This document shows positions 13,836-24,970 of a DNA stretch of 64,000 nt, in pieces (positions within the stretch are counted from its first letter, which is position 1; every line of letters begins with the position of its first letter). The stretch lies in the NCBI GenBank assembly GCA_002269645.1, contig NIVC01001286.1, positions 62,001 through 126,000 of the forward strand, given 5' to 3'. The notes beneath the pieces were generated by a model. It was not told the origin of the DNA and did not search any database. It saw only the letters and a program-made list of their open reading frames with translations. The DNA comes from Macrostomum lignano. Taxonomy: Eukaryota. A program made the position numbers and the translations under genes.

Positions 13836-14284
13836 AGTCAGTCAGTCAGTCAGTCAGTCAGTCAGTCAGTCAGTCAGTCAGTCAGTCAGTCAGTCAGTCA
13901 GTCAGTCAGTCAGTTGCCTTCTTACTAAAGTCAGCCAGTCAGTAAAAATAGTAAAAATTTCATTTTATACAATATATTGCAGGCTCATTCGCGTCAAACA
14001 ACATCGTGTTTATTACAATAACAGTTACTCTCTTCATCTATGTCCCGTTGTGCTTGATTTTGCAGTACCGGGTAAGTTGATGCATCCGTAGTTATGTTTC
14101 GATTCCAGCTAATGTTTATATGGCATAATAAAAACTAGAATTTCTCAGGAGCCTGCCAAGAAATGACGGTCTTATAATTGTCTATTTTTTCAATTTCTTG
14201 CAGGACAAACTTGCCACTCAAGCCAGCAACGAGGATGTCCCGGATGAAGCCGTGATTTCCGATGTCACTCACGAAAAGGCTTAG
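8510..14284 (+). CDS. ADAM17: ADAM17/TACE-like metalloprotease-disintegrin
   Basis: Exons about 8510-8560 (first exon uncertain), 8616/8632-8743, 8825-8973, 9071-9162, 9248-9321, 9423-9923, 11859-12168, 12720-12899, 13092-13584, 13983-14071, 14204-14284; phases are consistent. Contains prodomain, Cys switch (PGAC), furin-like RSIR, zinc motif HEFGHNMGSMHD plus Met-turn, disintegrin CGNYRLDPGEECD, Cys-rich domain, and TM NNIVFITITVTLFIYVPLCLIL followed by DK, matching the ADAM17 pattern. Confidence 0.88.
10030..11330 (-). mobile_element. Possible LTR-derived insertion(s) in ADAM17 intron
   Basis: Two diverged related blocks (10600-10660 and 11238-11305: CTCAAAAC.GGCTC..ATTTATA...TATTGAAGGC) read as TATA-containing LTR-like segments on -. 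No ORF; boundaries not established. Confidence 0.3.
11592..11830 (+). mobile_element. SINE family A copy with internal deletion of the CORE-like part
   Basis: B box GGTTCGATTCC joins directly to AAATGGGTGCCAGC; the remainder aligns with 1512-1700; AT-rich tail. Confidence 0.8.
12195..12545 (+). repeat. Degenerate GAATCCCGAGGAGAATCC-type minisatellite in ADAM17 intron
   Basis: Repeated GGAATCCCGAGGAGAATCC variants. Confidence 0.75.
12928..13045 (+). repeat. (TCTG)n microsatellite
   Basis: Directly visible. Confidence 0.95.
13585..13914 (+). repeat. (GTCA)n microsatellite beginning at the splice donor
   Basis: About 82 units; the first GTCAGT is the inferred donor of exon 13092-13584. Confidence 0.95.
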
Positions 14285-14943
14285 CTAAGTGATGCGAATA
14301 ATGCGCGCTTGTGAACCATCGCTTGGGAAAAATGAACGCTCATCTGGCTAATTTTTTTTTTTATTTTGCCATAAGCCTTTTATCTAGTGCTATAGCTATA
14401 CATAGTTGAAATATATAGTTTGCAGTATTTTGATTCTAGTACTGTAATTTAACTCGTACAGCAAAGTGTCAAAAAACATTTTATTTCAAAGAAAAATGTA
14501 CCTTATTAATTTTGTAAGTATTTAAAAAAAGAATTTTCTAACCTATCTCTACTACTCTAGCAGAAGGATACTTTTGTTAATCTTCTCTGTGTGTCGATCA
14601 AAGAAACCTATTTTAAAATAACTACACGTGAAAAGTGCCAGTACTATTTATTCAAAACACTGATAGATAATGAATAGAAGATAAAGCTGTCTGTACATTA
14701 ATTCGTTAAATGGTTATATTTATTTTTTATCTACTCGTATTTCTTTATTGTTCCACTCGATTGTAAACCGCGGAGAATTTCTAAATTAAAGTACCGTCTA
14801 TTTGAGAACAGGTTATCTTTAGCAGTCAGCTCAGTGTAAAACCTCTCTGAATTTGAATCGTTTTAAAGCTACACTGTGGAGAGGGTTGGCGTATTATATA
14901 AATAGTCATTCAAAAAACGGTCACTTTGGCGGCATATTTTGAA

Positions 14944-17153
14944 ATGGAAGGAAAAGAGCGATTCACTGACCAGAGCCGAGCCCTGTCAGCTGCCATGAGG
15001 ACTGCGGGCTTCAAGTCCTCAAATGCAGCAGCTCAGAGCGGAGTAGCCTTGGCTCTTGAAGACTTGCTGAGGTTGCTGCTCAAGTCCCAAGATTCCTTAT
15101 TCGTGTTCGGCAGCTTCTGCGACGGCTGGGGCAGCTGCTTGAGCAAAATTGACGGCAGCATCGACTCAGACTCGGATATTGACATCACATTCGTGCTGAA
15201 GTCGAACTCGGTTCACATTACAGCTGATTGCAGTGCCTCGGAGACGAGTCAGTGCTTGGAAGGCTGCATGGTGGCTGAGTACGAGGACGGGCACGTGTCT
15301 TATCAGTCTAAAGGTGGGTCCAAGAAACGATCATTATAATTCTTTCCTGCAATGACACAAACGGTTTAGTGATGATGAGGGAGTGTTTAGAATGTGGTGC
15401 TGTGCGCCTATCCATGGGAGCCCTCACCTGCACCCTGACCTATTGGAAAGCGGCGTCCCCAGTTAGAGCTCATGTGTCAAACTGAGTTACAGCATTTTAA
15501 CACATGAAATGCGTCTCCTGGGACACCAAGAAAGGGAATTACGCTCGTAGATGGAATTTTACGACGCTTCTAGCCGCTTCTAGTTACAATTTAGTACGCT
15601 GTGAATCTCGTATTTTAGAAAGTACGCCAAGCTTACCTCTCGGGGGCGATGACCTACGCTTGTCGGATATCGACATTATTCCTGCTCGGCACTGCTGCAG
15701 CTATCCCCGCATCGAGCTGCTGTCGCCCGGCTACAGGTCCCACATTTCGACACAGATTTTGGAAGCCATCCGAACCGAGGTTCTCCAAGTGCCGCGGTGT
15801 CATGCCGTATCTGCGTCGCCTCCCGGACTAGAGGGCAGTCGGATGAGGGTGAGCACTACTCTGTTGGAGAGAATCGTCATGCACAACCTCTCCACAGTCC
15901 AAGGACAGTTGTTTGTGCTGCTCAAGTTCTTCATCAAGAGACACATCAGCTCTAAAGTGAGCGGTCTGAAGACGTACATGGCCAAGAACCTGCTGTTCTA
16001 CATGCTTGACGAGACGCCTGTCGAAGACTGGAGACCAGAAAACTTGTTGTCACTGTTGAAGCAGTCGCTGGAGATGCTGGTAGCTATGATGGAGAGCTTT
16101 GATAACGAAGAGATGAGCGATCCAACTCAAGCTGCTGCCGCAGACCGAAGACTCGAAGCCGTGTGCATGAGACACTTCTTCTTGCGCGATGCCGTCGTGT
16201 ACCTGAAGAAGGACCACGCAGACAAAAGGTCAATCGTTACTGAGACCAAAACCGCGATCGATGACATTCAGAAGATCGCTCAGGTCTTTGAAGCCGGTCT
16301 GACCAAAAACAGCGTCAGAGTTGTTCATCTTCACATTGCTCTTCAGCCTCTGATATACTTTGCTGACGTGATGCAATTTAGCAAGGGCGAGATGAACTTC
16401 AAGTGTAAAGAGATCTTCGGTATCGTGTGGGAGATTCAATCCCTGATGCACAGAGAGGCTACACCGATTCAGTGTCAGCCTGTGGCACCTGAAGACTTTG
16501 CACGGGTGCTGCAAAAAATCAGCGAGCTCGAGGGCTGTCATGAGGTAGTGAAGAAGTGTCTGACCATGATGGCTCACTACAAAGTCGGAATGCCGATAGG
16601 AGAGTCACGTGACCAGATTTTCGATGAAGAGTTCGGCGGCGTTCTGTGTCCGGAAGGAGACTCGACGCTGTCCGTGAAAGAAGGCAAAGCAGCGGTGATG
16701 AAGTTGCTGCAACGCTGCGACTCGCTCGGCATCGAGGTCTGCCATGATCGGATCTGCGCAGTGCGGTCGCTGCAGACAGAAATTTGGCAACTGTTTCAGG
16801 TGTTGTCCACATTTCTGAAAAACTGCAGAAGAAGTAGTTTATCCACCGACACTGCTCTACATGTGCTAGATTTCGCATCAGCAGCTCTACTCGCTACAAA
16901 TTTTCCTTTTCCGGTAATCAGTTCTTCTAAACCAGCTTTATTTAATCCGTCAGGAGGTTTAGGAATTTAATTATTTAATTATTTATTTTAACTTCAGGTG
17001 TTTAGAACTGAGGGCGATGGCTGGCGTTCTAGTGAAGTGAATTTCGCGCGGAATATCCTCATGATATTTTGCGAAGTTGTCGGTACCGAAGATTGTCCAG
17101 CCCTCAGAGACTGGTCAGATGACGAAGAGGAGGAAGCACTACAGTCCCAGTAA
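14944..17153 (+). CDS. Mab-21/cGAS-like nucleotidyltransferase (cGLR-like), copy 1 (about 606 aa)
   Basis: Exons 14944-15313, 15619-16913, 16998-17153 (last junction inferred from GTAATC donor and TTCAG acceptor). Pol-beta NTase signature FGSFCDGWG...DSDID, third acidic residue in SDIDIIPA, and Mab-21 helical-domain motifs CHAV, RVSTTLLER, LFVLLK, LKTYMAKNLLFY, W.PENL, MRHFFL. Confidence 0.82.
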
Positions 17154-17726
17154 TGTCAAACGTAGGCTTGATTCCATATCTCAATTTTTATAATTCGTAT
17201 GTGTTATACACTCGTGTTTCATTTTTTTGTTTTACTTTTTCAGACTGACAAAAAGTGACAACAATCATTGATGCTTTTGAATGAATTCACTGAAACTTGG
17301 GTGATCAACTTGGAAAATGGGAGAGGCTCAATACAATCTGATTTGTACTCGTATTTAGATTTATTAACAATACATAAAGATATTTTCAGATAGCCTTTTT
17401 TATGTCTGGGAGTACGCGGGCCTATAAAGCTTACTTGATAATTGAGTTAATTGGATGAATCAAGACATTTGTGATATTTACGACGATGTGTCTTCCACAT
17501 GTTGTTAGCCACCTCTTGTTACTCAGTAAATTCCTATATTTTATAAAGTTCAGCTTTGCAATCTCAAGAATGTTTAGTTCTGTTCCTTGTAAACAGTTTT
17601 TTTAATACTTCAATGTTTAAAGCTTATTTGCTAATTGCAAATTTATATAGTGTAGACGATAAAATAAAGAAATAAGTATAGTTACCCATTTCGTTCAAAT
17701 TGGTTTTGGTTTTGGTCATGTTCAAA

Positions 17727-19490
17727 CTGATCACCCATGTGTCTGACTGTTCACCCATGTGTCTGACTGATTACCCATGTCTCTGACTGTTCACCCATGT
17801 GTCTGACTGATTACCATGTCTCTGACTGTTCACCCATGTCTCTGACTGTTCACCCATGTGTCTGACTGATTACCATGTCTCTGACTGTTCACCCATGTGT
17901 CTGACTGTTCATCCATGTGTCTGACTGATTACCAATGTCTCTGACTGTTCACCCGTGTCTGACTGTTCACCCATGTGTCTGACTGATTACCCATGTCTCT
18001 GACTGTTCACCCATGTGTCTGACTGATTACCATGTCTCTGACTGTTCACCCATGTGTCTGACTGTTCATCCATGTGTCTGACTGATTACCAATGTCTCTG
18101 ACTGTTCACCCATGTGTCTGACTGTTCACCCATGTGTCTGACTGATTACCCATGTCTCTGACTGTTCACCCATGTGTCTGACTGTTCACCCATGTGTCTG
18201 ACTGTTCACCTATGTGTCTGACTGTTCACCCATGTGTCTGACTGTTCACCCATGTGTCTGACTGTTCACCCATGTGTCTGTCTCATTGCCCATGAGTTTG
18301 ACTGTTCACCCATGTGTCTGACTGTTCACCCATGTGTCTGACTGTTTACCCATGTGTCTGTCTCATTGCCCATGAGTTTGACTGTTCACCCATGTGTCTG
18401 ACTGTTCACCCATGTGTCTGACTGATTATCCATGTCTCTGACTGTTCACCCATGTGTCTGACTGTTCACCAATGTGTCTGACTGTTCACCCATGTGTCTG
18501 TCTCATTGCCCAAGTGTCTGACTGTTCACCCATGTGTCTGACTGTTCACCCATGTGTCTGTCTCATTGCCCATGAGTTTGACTGTTCACCCATGTGTCTG
18601 ACTGTTCACCCATGTGTCTGACTGTTCACCCATTTGTCTGTCTCATTGCCCATGAGTTTGACTGTTCACCCATGTGTCTGACTGTTCACCCATGTGTCTG
18701 ACTGTTCACCCATGTGTCTGACTGTTCACCCATGTGTCTGACTGATTACCCATGTCTCTGACTGTTCACCCATGTGTCTGACTGTTCACCAATGTGTCTG
18801 ACTGTTCACCCATGTGTCTGTCTCATTGCCCAAGTGTCTGACTGTTCACCCATGTGTCTGGCTGATCACCCATGTGTCTGCCTGTTCACCCATGTGTCTG
18901 TCTCATTGCCCATGAGTTTGACTGTTCACCCATGTGTCTGACTGTTCACCAATGTGTCTGTCTCATTGCCCAAGTGTCTGACTGTTCACCCATGTGTCTG
19001 ACTGTTCACCCATGTGTCTGTCTCATTGCCCATGAGTTTGACTGTTCACCCATGTGTCTGTCTTATTGCCCATGTGTTTGACTGTTCACCCATGTGTCTG
19101 TCTCATTGCCCATGTGTCTGACTGTTCACCCATGTGCCTGCCTCATTGCCCATGTGTCTGACTGTTCACCCATGTGTCTTACTGTTCACCCATGTGTCTG
19201 ACTGTTCACGCATGTGTCTGACTGATTACCCATGTCTCTGACTGTTCACCCATGTGTCTGACTGTTCACCCATGTGTCTGACTGTTCACCCATGTGTCTG
19301 ACTGTTCACCCATGTGTCTGTCTCATTGCCCATGTGTTTGACTGTTCACCCATGTGTCTGTCTCATTGCCTATGTGTCTGACTGTTCACCCATGTGTCTG
19401 ACTGATCATCCATGTGTCTGACTGACCACCCATGTGCCTGACTGATTACCCATGTGTCTGACTGATCACCCATGTGTCTGACTGATTACC
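17727..19490 (+). repeat. 20-bp minisatellite (GACTGTTCACCCATGTGTCT)n with variant units
   Basis: About 1.75 kb array; variant units ...TCTCATTGCC... and ...GATTACC... Confidence 0.96.
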
Positions 19491-20234
19491 TACAATTCGC
19501 ACAGGAGTTTTGCTACGTATTTATCTGTAACTTACGTATTTTTCTGAACACATGTACGAGCTGCTGAACACACGCCAAAGATAACTAACAAAGGCTCGAC
19601 CAACCTCGGAACCCAAGACTCTGTGAGAGCAGCTGCTAGTTGAATTACTTGATTGAGTTGCAGGCGGCATCGTCCGGCGGATGAAGCGTGGAAGCGGGCG
19701 AGACCGCTCATTACGCTAGCCCATGACGACCAATAACTTCCATAACTTCCAACAAAGTATTTTCGCAAGTCCCTTCGGCTACTCGTTGAAGCTATTTACT
19801 GGAAGTGAAAAAGGTAAACTTACTGCAGAACACAGGCAAAGAGCTGCAATACACTGCTCCCCAAACCAAGCGGCAGGTTCCTCAAGAGAAAAAATCCCTC
19901 CCTGCGTGAGGACCCAAGGACGCAAGGGAAACCGTTCCTAGCAAGCGAACATCAGCACGGAGTTACACTGACACATTAGAGGGTGGGTTTGTGGGTCCTC
20001 GGCGCCAATAAATCTGTTCAGGAAGGCCCTTCAAAGTGCGCCTTGCAAGATAAAAAACAAGAGACAGAGTCCCAGACTCTTGGACTGTTTCCAGTCAAAA
20101 AGGGTCAAATGTGAGCATCGCTGGCTGGGGAAAGAGGCCATCCCAGACTAATACTGCACAGATACATCACGCCATTTTTTGCAGGACCCGAGTTTTTAGA
20201 CGTAATCGACCTCGGCAGCCGCTAGTCGACTCAA

Positions 20235-20770
20235 TGGATGTTTGAGACGTTTCCTGGCTATCATCATCATTAGGTCGGTAAACGGTTATGGCTGTTGGTG
20301 TATCCATTTCTCGACAGCGAATCTCCAACTCCTTCGATCCAAGGCAATCCTGCTCCGCTGCACCATCCACTCTCCACTCCACTCCATCAGCTAGACTGCC
20401 TGTCCAATCACCTTGTGGCCTGCCTCTGTCCCTTCGCCCCTCACCACCAACTTCAACCACGGCCTTCAGCGCTCCATCACTTCTCGCACCATGCCTGAAG
20501 GAGCGGAATTTCCTTCCACAAGGCCTCCATCATAGATCTGTAAGTCTTCATCTCGAAAGATCTCGGTTGCTTTTCATACTTCTTCTCCATTGCCCAGCAC
20601 TCACACGCATAGAGAAGATTTGCCATGACTACCAATATCATTAGCAGCATTTTATTTTTCATGTGGATGTTTTTTGCTTTCCAGATGTTGTCCACGCAGT
20701 TTTACGAGTGCAATTTTAGCTCTTCCAGTCAGTATCAGAATCTCCTTGTCTGACTTTCCCTGCATTGTTT
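20235..20770 (-). mobile_element. 5'-truncated RTE-clade LINE fragment
   Basis: Translates on - to IWKAKNIHMKNK..LV...LLYACECW...FEMKTYR and GRRDRGRP...W; (TGA)n near the 3' end; flanked by direct repeat CTAGTCGACTCAA at 20222-20234 and 20771-20783. Confidence 0.8.
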
Positions 20771-21013
20771 CTAGTCGACTCAAGTGTAGATTGGCTGGCC
20801 AATCGCTGTTAGCGGGGCCAGAGGGGGGGTTGTCGTCGCCCGTGTTTGGGGGTGCTTGGTCCTGGGGTGGGTGTCTGTGGGGCCTTTTTAGTCCCGCGCG
20901 TTGTGCCCACCTCAGCCTATCTCTCCTCGCCAGCTTGCGTGCGTTTTTTTGCGATTTCTGGCTAGCCCAACTTAATTATTCAACTTACTCTGGGTACTAT
21001 GAGTTTGCGTAGG

Positions 21014-22047
21014 ATGACTGTAAATCAGCTACGTGAAGAATTGAGTGATAGGGGCCTGAGCACGCACGGTTACAAGAAAGACCTGGTCAGCAGACTCTCC
21101 ACTGCGATGAGCCAGAGCGAAGCAGCTAGTCGGCGGAACAAGCGGCGTCAAACTCCGCGGAGACCGACAGCGAAGGTCGGCGGCAGCAGCAGCAACAACG
21201 GCTGGAGGCAGGGGAGGCGCTGGACCTATCAGAGCTCCGGCGGAAGATAGCTAGCCTGGAATCGGAGACGGCAGCAATGCGCCAGCAGCTGGAAGGCCGA
21301 TTTAGACCAGGTGAGGTGGACCAACAGCTTCTTAATGAGCCCTCTGATTGTAGCAGCGACATGAATATCCCGAGTATACTCAGAGGTCCCGGGTTCGAGA
21401 CCAGGCTCGAGCCCTCAGTAGCTCAACTAGGGCTACGGGCGGCACCACTCGTCGTTGCGGATTTCTGCGGTTGCGACCCTCGGACGGCGTCGGCGAGTCG
21501 TAGGGAAAAGGTGCTGCATCCAACCGCCAATCAGCCTAAACCCGAATCGCTGGGAATCGGTCAGTGGATAGTCGGCAACGCGCGCATCCTCGACGCCTTG
21601 ATCTCTAGGGGACAGCTCGACCTGGAAGGCGTTCGGCAGTACTTGCAGTACAATGTACAGATCGGTGAGCTGGTCGAGGCAGGTTACGACACCACCAGGA
21701 TCATGCGGTTCGACGACGCATTCAGAAGAGAGCAGCAGGCGGGCATGCAAGACTGGGCGCGACCGAGTTTCTCGCTGGTGGCACGGCACCTCATTGCCCC
21801 GCAGCAGACTCCACAACATGCCCGTTCTCGCACGGACAGGAAGATTCCGGTGATTCAAGGAGCGCCCGTCTGCCTCAAGTTCAACACCCGTGGTGGCTAC
21901 AAGTTCCAGAATTGCAAGTACACTCATGCGTGCCGAGACGCAACACGCGGCAAAAAACAAATAGCCGCGGCTCCAGTGGCCGCAAGTTTTAATCCCAAGT
22001 TTTTACTCCATTCGCGACATCAATTTCAATCCGAGTGGCTCCCTTGA
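21014..22047 (+). pseudogene. DIRS gag-like ORF1: N-terminal SAP domain and C-terminal Cys/His finger, frameshifted
   Basis: MTVNQLREELSDRGLSTHGYKKDLVSRL fits the SAP/HeH pattern; CLKFNTRGG..FQNCKYTHAC is a degenerate C-x-C-x-H finger typical of these gags. Confidence 0.7.
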
Positions 22048-23520
22048 CGCAAATGCCTGGGCGAAGGAGCTGAACGGCGACCCCGACGGGCCTTTTTTAA
22101 TTGACGGAGTCCAAAACGGCTTCGCGCTCACTACTGAGACAGATTTTAAACCTTCCGAAGTTGAGAACTACTCGTCCGCCATTGAGTACAAGACGTTGGT
22201 TGAAGAGCAATTGCAGCGTGAGATCGCCAGCGGGCGGTATGTGTCAATCAGCCGACGTCCGTGCAAGATCTCCGCGCTTGGTGCCATCCCGAAAGAGGAC
22301 GGTGGAGTCCGTATCATCCACGACTGCAGTCGTCCGGAAGGCTATGCGGTCAACGACCACTTTATCGCAGACCACAAGATTAAGTTTGAGACGGTTAGCG
22401 GCCTCTGCTCACAACTCAAGCCCGGTGACTTCACGGCCAAGATCGATCTCAAGGAGGAGTATCGCTCAGTGGGTGTTCATCCTTCTTCTCTCGACGCTCT
22501 GGGCATCAAATGGCAATTTAGCGGCGACAGCGAGCCTACCTACCTGGTCGACACCCGGCTGAGCTTCGGCGCTGCGGCCTCGGTGTACCATTTCAAAAGG
22601 CTGTCTAATTAGGCGGTGGTGCGCATGATGCAACGGCGCGTGTTCACCTGCGTTGGCTACCTCGACGACTTCGCTGTGGCGGCGAGCACCTACGAGGCCT
22701 GTGTCGAGGCTTACGAGAGCTTGAGGAGCCTGGCGACGAGCCTCGGTTTCACCATCAACGAAAAGAAGTCTAGCGGGCCGTCGCGGCGCACGGTTTTCAT
22801 GGGCGTCCTGATTGACACAGAGTCGGGGATGCTGAGCATCCCACCGGCCAAGCTCAGTGCACTCAAAGACGCACTTGGGAGCTGCTTGCATCGACGCGGT
22901 GCCATCAGCAAGCGCGACCTTCAGCGGATCTGCGGCAAGCTGTCCTGGGTGAGCAGCGTGACCAGGAAAGGCCGAGCTTCCATCCGCCCTCTACTGATGC
23001 TGGCGAGCCGGGCGACTAGACCTGGTGACAAATTGCGGCTGACCCCGCACCTCACCGAGTCGCTGCACTGGTGGAGGAGAAGCCTTCAGTCCGTTGGCTG
23101 CGCGCCCATATAGCCTCGCTACTCTCGAAGAATCGTCATCGAGACTGACGCCTGCAACTCGGGTGGTGCCTGCATTGTTCGGGAAGCCAATAAGTCCGAC
23201 TGGCTCTACATCAACTGGAAGAACGACGCTGGTGGCCTTTTTGCTTCGGCCCACATCAACGTAAAGGAGACCATCACGCCTGTCCTCAGCATCCTCGCGG
23301 CCCCTGGGCCGCTTCGCCGGTGTGGACATCGTCGTGTACAGCGACAGCTCGGCGGCTGTCGGTGCGCTGAACAAGCTCAGCTCGCCATGTAACGACGTCA
23401 ACCGGCTCCTGCACACGCTGTCGCTTGCCTGCGACGCGTGGGGTCTGCGGCTGCGGGCCTTTCACGTTCCAGGCGCCTTCCAGGTCCTGCTGGACCCGGC
23501 CTCTCGCCTTGCTTCTAGAA
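22044..23520 (+). pseudogene. DIRS reverse transcriptase and RNase H, disrupted
   Basis: RIIHDCSRP, KIDLKEEYRSV, RLSFG, YLDDF; RNase H motifs IETDAC, HINVKE, YSDSSAA, HVPG..DPASR. Confidence 0.85.
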
Positions 23521-23565
23521 CTTTTTTCTCCGCTTCTACCGTAGCCTGCATGATTTGGCTGCTGA

Positions 23566-24597
23566 CTCCTGCTGCATCTCGCGCCGCGCGCTCTGCTCTG
23601 CCTCCGCCTCCCTTTTGCATTTACAGGTCCGGCGCCTCCTCCCTCCCACCTACCCGGGCCGCTTCTTCGCTTCCTCGCCGACGCCTGGGCTCCTAGTACC
23701 AGGGCATCGTACGCTTCAAACCTCGAACAGTGGCAGCGCTTCTGCAACCTCGAAGGTGTTCAGCCACCAGCGGCGTCCCCGGTGCACCTGGTCGAGTATG
23801 TGCGACGCCTGGCTAAGCGCGGCGTGGCACCCGGTAGCCTCGGTGGACACCTGGCGGCCATCAGCTGGAGCTTCAAGCTGGCGCAACTCCCCGACATCAC
23901 CAAGTCCGGCCTGATCGATCTGGCAGTTAAGAGCGCCAAACGGACAAGCGGCCATTCAGTCAAGCAGAAAGACCTCATCACCCCGGCGGTTCTGTTTTCA
24001 CTGGCAAATCAGGTGAACCCAAGAGACCCTGCGGACGCCGCCTTTTGGGCCGCCGTGCTCTGCTGCTTCTGGGCGCTTCTCAGGAAAGCAAGTGTCTGCG
24101 GGCACCACTCCATTCTCGTCGGCGACACTCAGGCCGATAGTCAGTGGTGGAGACTCCGAGTTCGACAGTCGAAGACCAACCAATGCGGACAAGACTACCA
24201 GGAGGCGGTGCTGCCAGCGCTCCGAAGCCACCCACTTTGTCCTGTCCAAGCCCTGCGGTGGCATTTTCAGACTAACAAGCTGCTGTCTGCACCGGCGCTC
24301 ACTTGGCTGTTTTGCGTCCACATGGCCGGAAGCTGGTGCCCGATGACATCGCGTCAATTCAACCGCCGCCTCGCTTGGGCTCTGGCAGATGCGGGTTGTG
24401 CGGCGACAGCTTTCTCAGGCCACTCTCTACGACGGGGTGGCGTCTGTCTGGCGTTCGACAGCGACCTCGACGTGGAGCAGATCAAGCGGCTGGGCGGCTG
24501 GCGCAGCGGCGCCGTTTCACGTTACCTGCCGCAGTCGGGGGGGTTGCCTCCGTCTCCTGCGCCCAAGGTCAAGCGTGTGCTGTCGGCACCTCTCTAG
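23566..24597 (+). CDS. DIRS tyrosine recombinase ORF (uninterrupted, no in-frame ATG at its start)
   Basis: Open from 23566. N-terminal WAPSTRASY...W.RFC; catalytic LLRKAS, SKT, HSLRRGG, GGWRS, SRY. Confidence 0.85.
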   Translation, partial: LLLHLAPRALLCLRLPFAFTGPAPPPSHLPGPLLRFLADAWAPSTRASYASNLEQWQRFCNLEGVQPPAASPVHLVEYVRRLAKRGVAPGSLGGHLAAISWSFKLAQLPDITKSGLIDLAVKSAKRTSGHSVKQKDLITPAVLFSLANQVNPRDPADAAFWAAVLCCFWALLRKASVCGHHSILVGDTQADSQWWRLRVRQSKTNQCGQDYQEAVLPALRSHPLCPVQALRWHFQTNKLLSAPALTWLFCVHMAGSWCPMTSRQFNRRLAWALADAGCAATAFSGHSLRRGGVCLAFDSDLDVEQIKRLGGWRSGAVSRYLPQSGGLPPSPAPKVKRVLSAPL

Positions 24598-24879
24598 CGC
24601 TCGCCTGACTCCCCCGTCGCCGTGTACCCTACTTTTTTAATCCCTTTTTCGGGTTTTTTGGGATGTTTTGCTCGTCTCGTAAGTTGCCCATACAGGGCGG
24701 TAGGATGTGTTGCTCGTGCTATCCAATTGTTGCCTTTGTTCTCTCCCTCCGGCCGTTCCGCTAATGGATGTTTGGGACGTTCTTCGACGATGTATATCCT
24801 TGAAGGCAGGTTGACACTAATTCCTTTCGACTCAAAACTCTTCGCCGATCAAGAGCCAATATCCAGCGTCGATCTGTTT

Positions 24880-24970
24880 CGTGAATTCTTCAAGGCACGG
24901 AGAGTGTACATGCCAGACGATTAGAAAGTCAGGGCCGCTGTTCACCTTGAGTGAGCGTGTGTGTGAGTTG
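24880..24970 (+). mobile_element. SINE family B/C shared central domain copy
   Basis: GAGAGTGTACATGCCAGACGATTAGAAAGTCAGGGCCGCTG matches 4008-4046 and 2123-2141. Confidence 0.6.

Larger units (their letters stand above)
20790..24700 (+). mobile_element. Decayed DIRS-order (Ngaro/PAT-like) tyrosine-recombinase retrotransposon
   Basis: Order gag - RT/RNase H - YR. Stops at 22610-22612 and 23111-23113 plus frameshifts. Terminal repeats not resolved, so boundaries are approximate. Confidence 0.88.

Noticed and set aside
15504-15618. ORF-track N-termini of 15504..16970 and 27885..29237
   Set aside because: These parts are intronic; AG acceptors at 15618 and 27927 give identical phase and colinear proteins.
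17727-19490. CRISPR-like appearance of the 20-41 bp arrays
   Set aside because: Units are head-to-tail without unique spacers, no cas genes, and the DNA is eukaryotic.
19500-20220. Short ORFs between the minisatellite and the RTE fragment
   Set aside because: No recognisable motif; may be part of the DIRS 5' region but I could not support that.
23566-24597. Phage integrase or integron reading of the tyrosine recombinase
   Set aside because: It follows gag and RT/RNase H in DIRS order.
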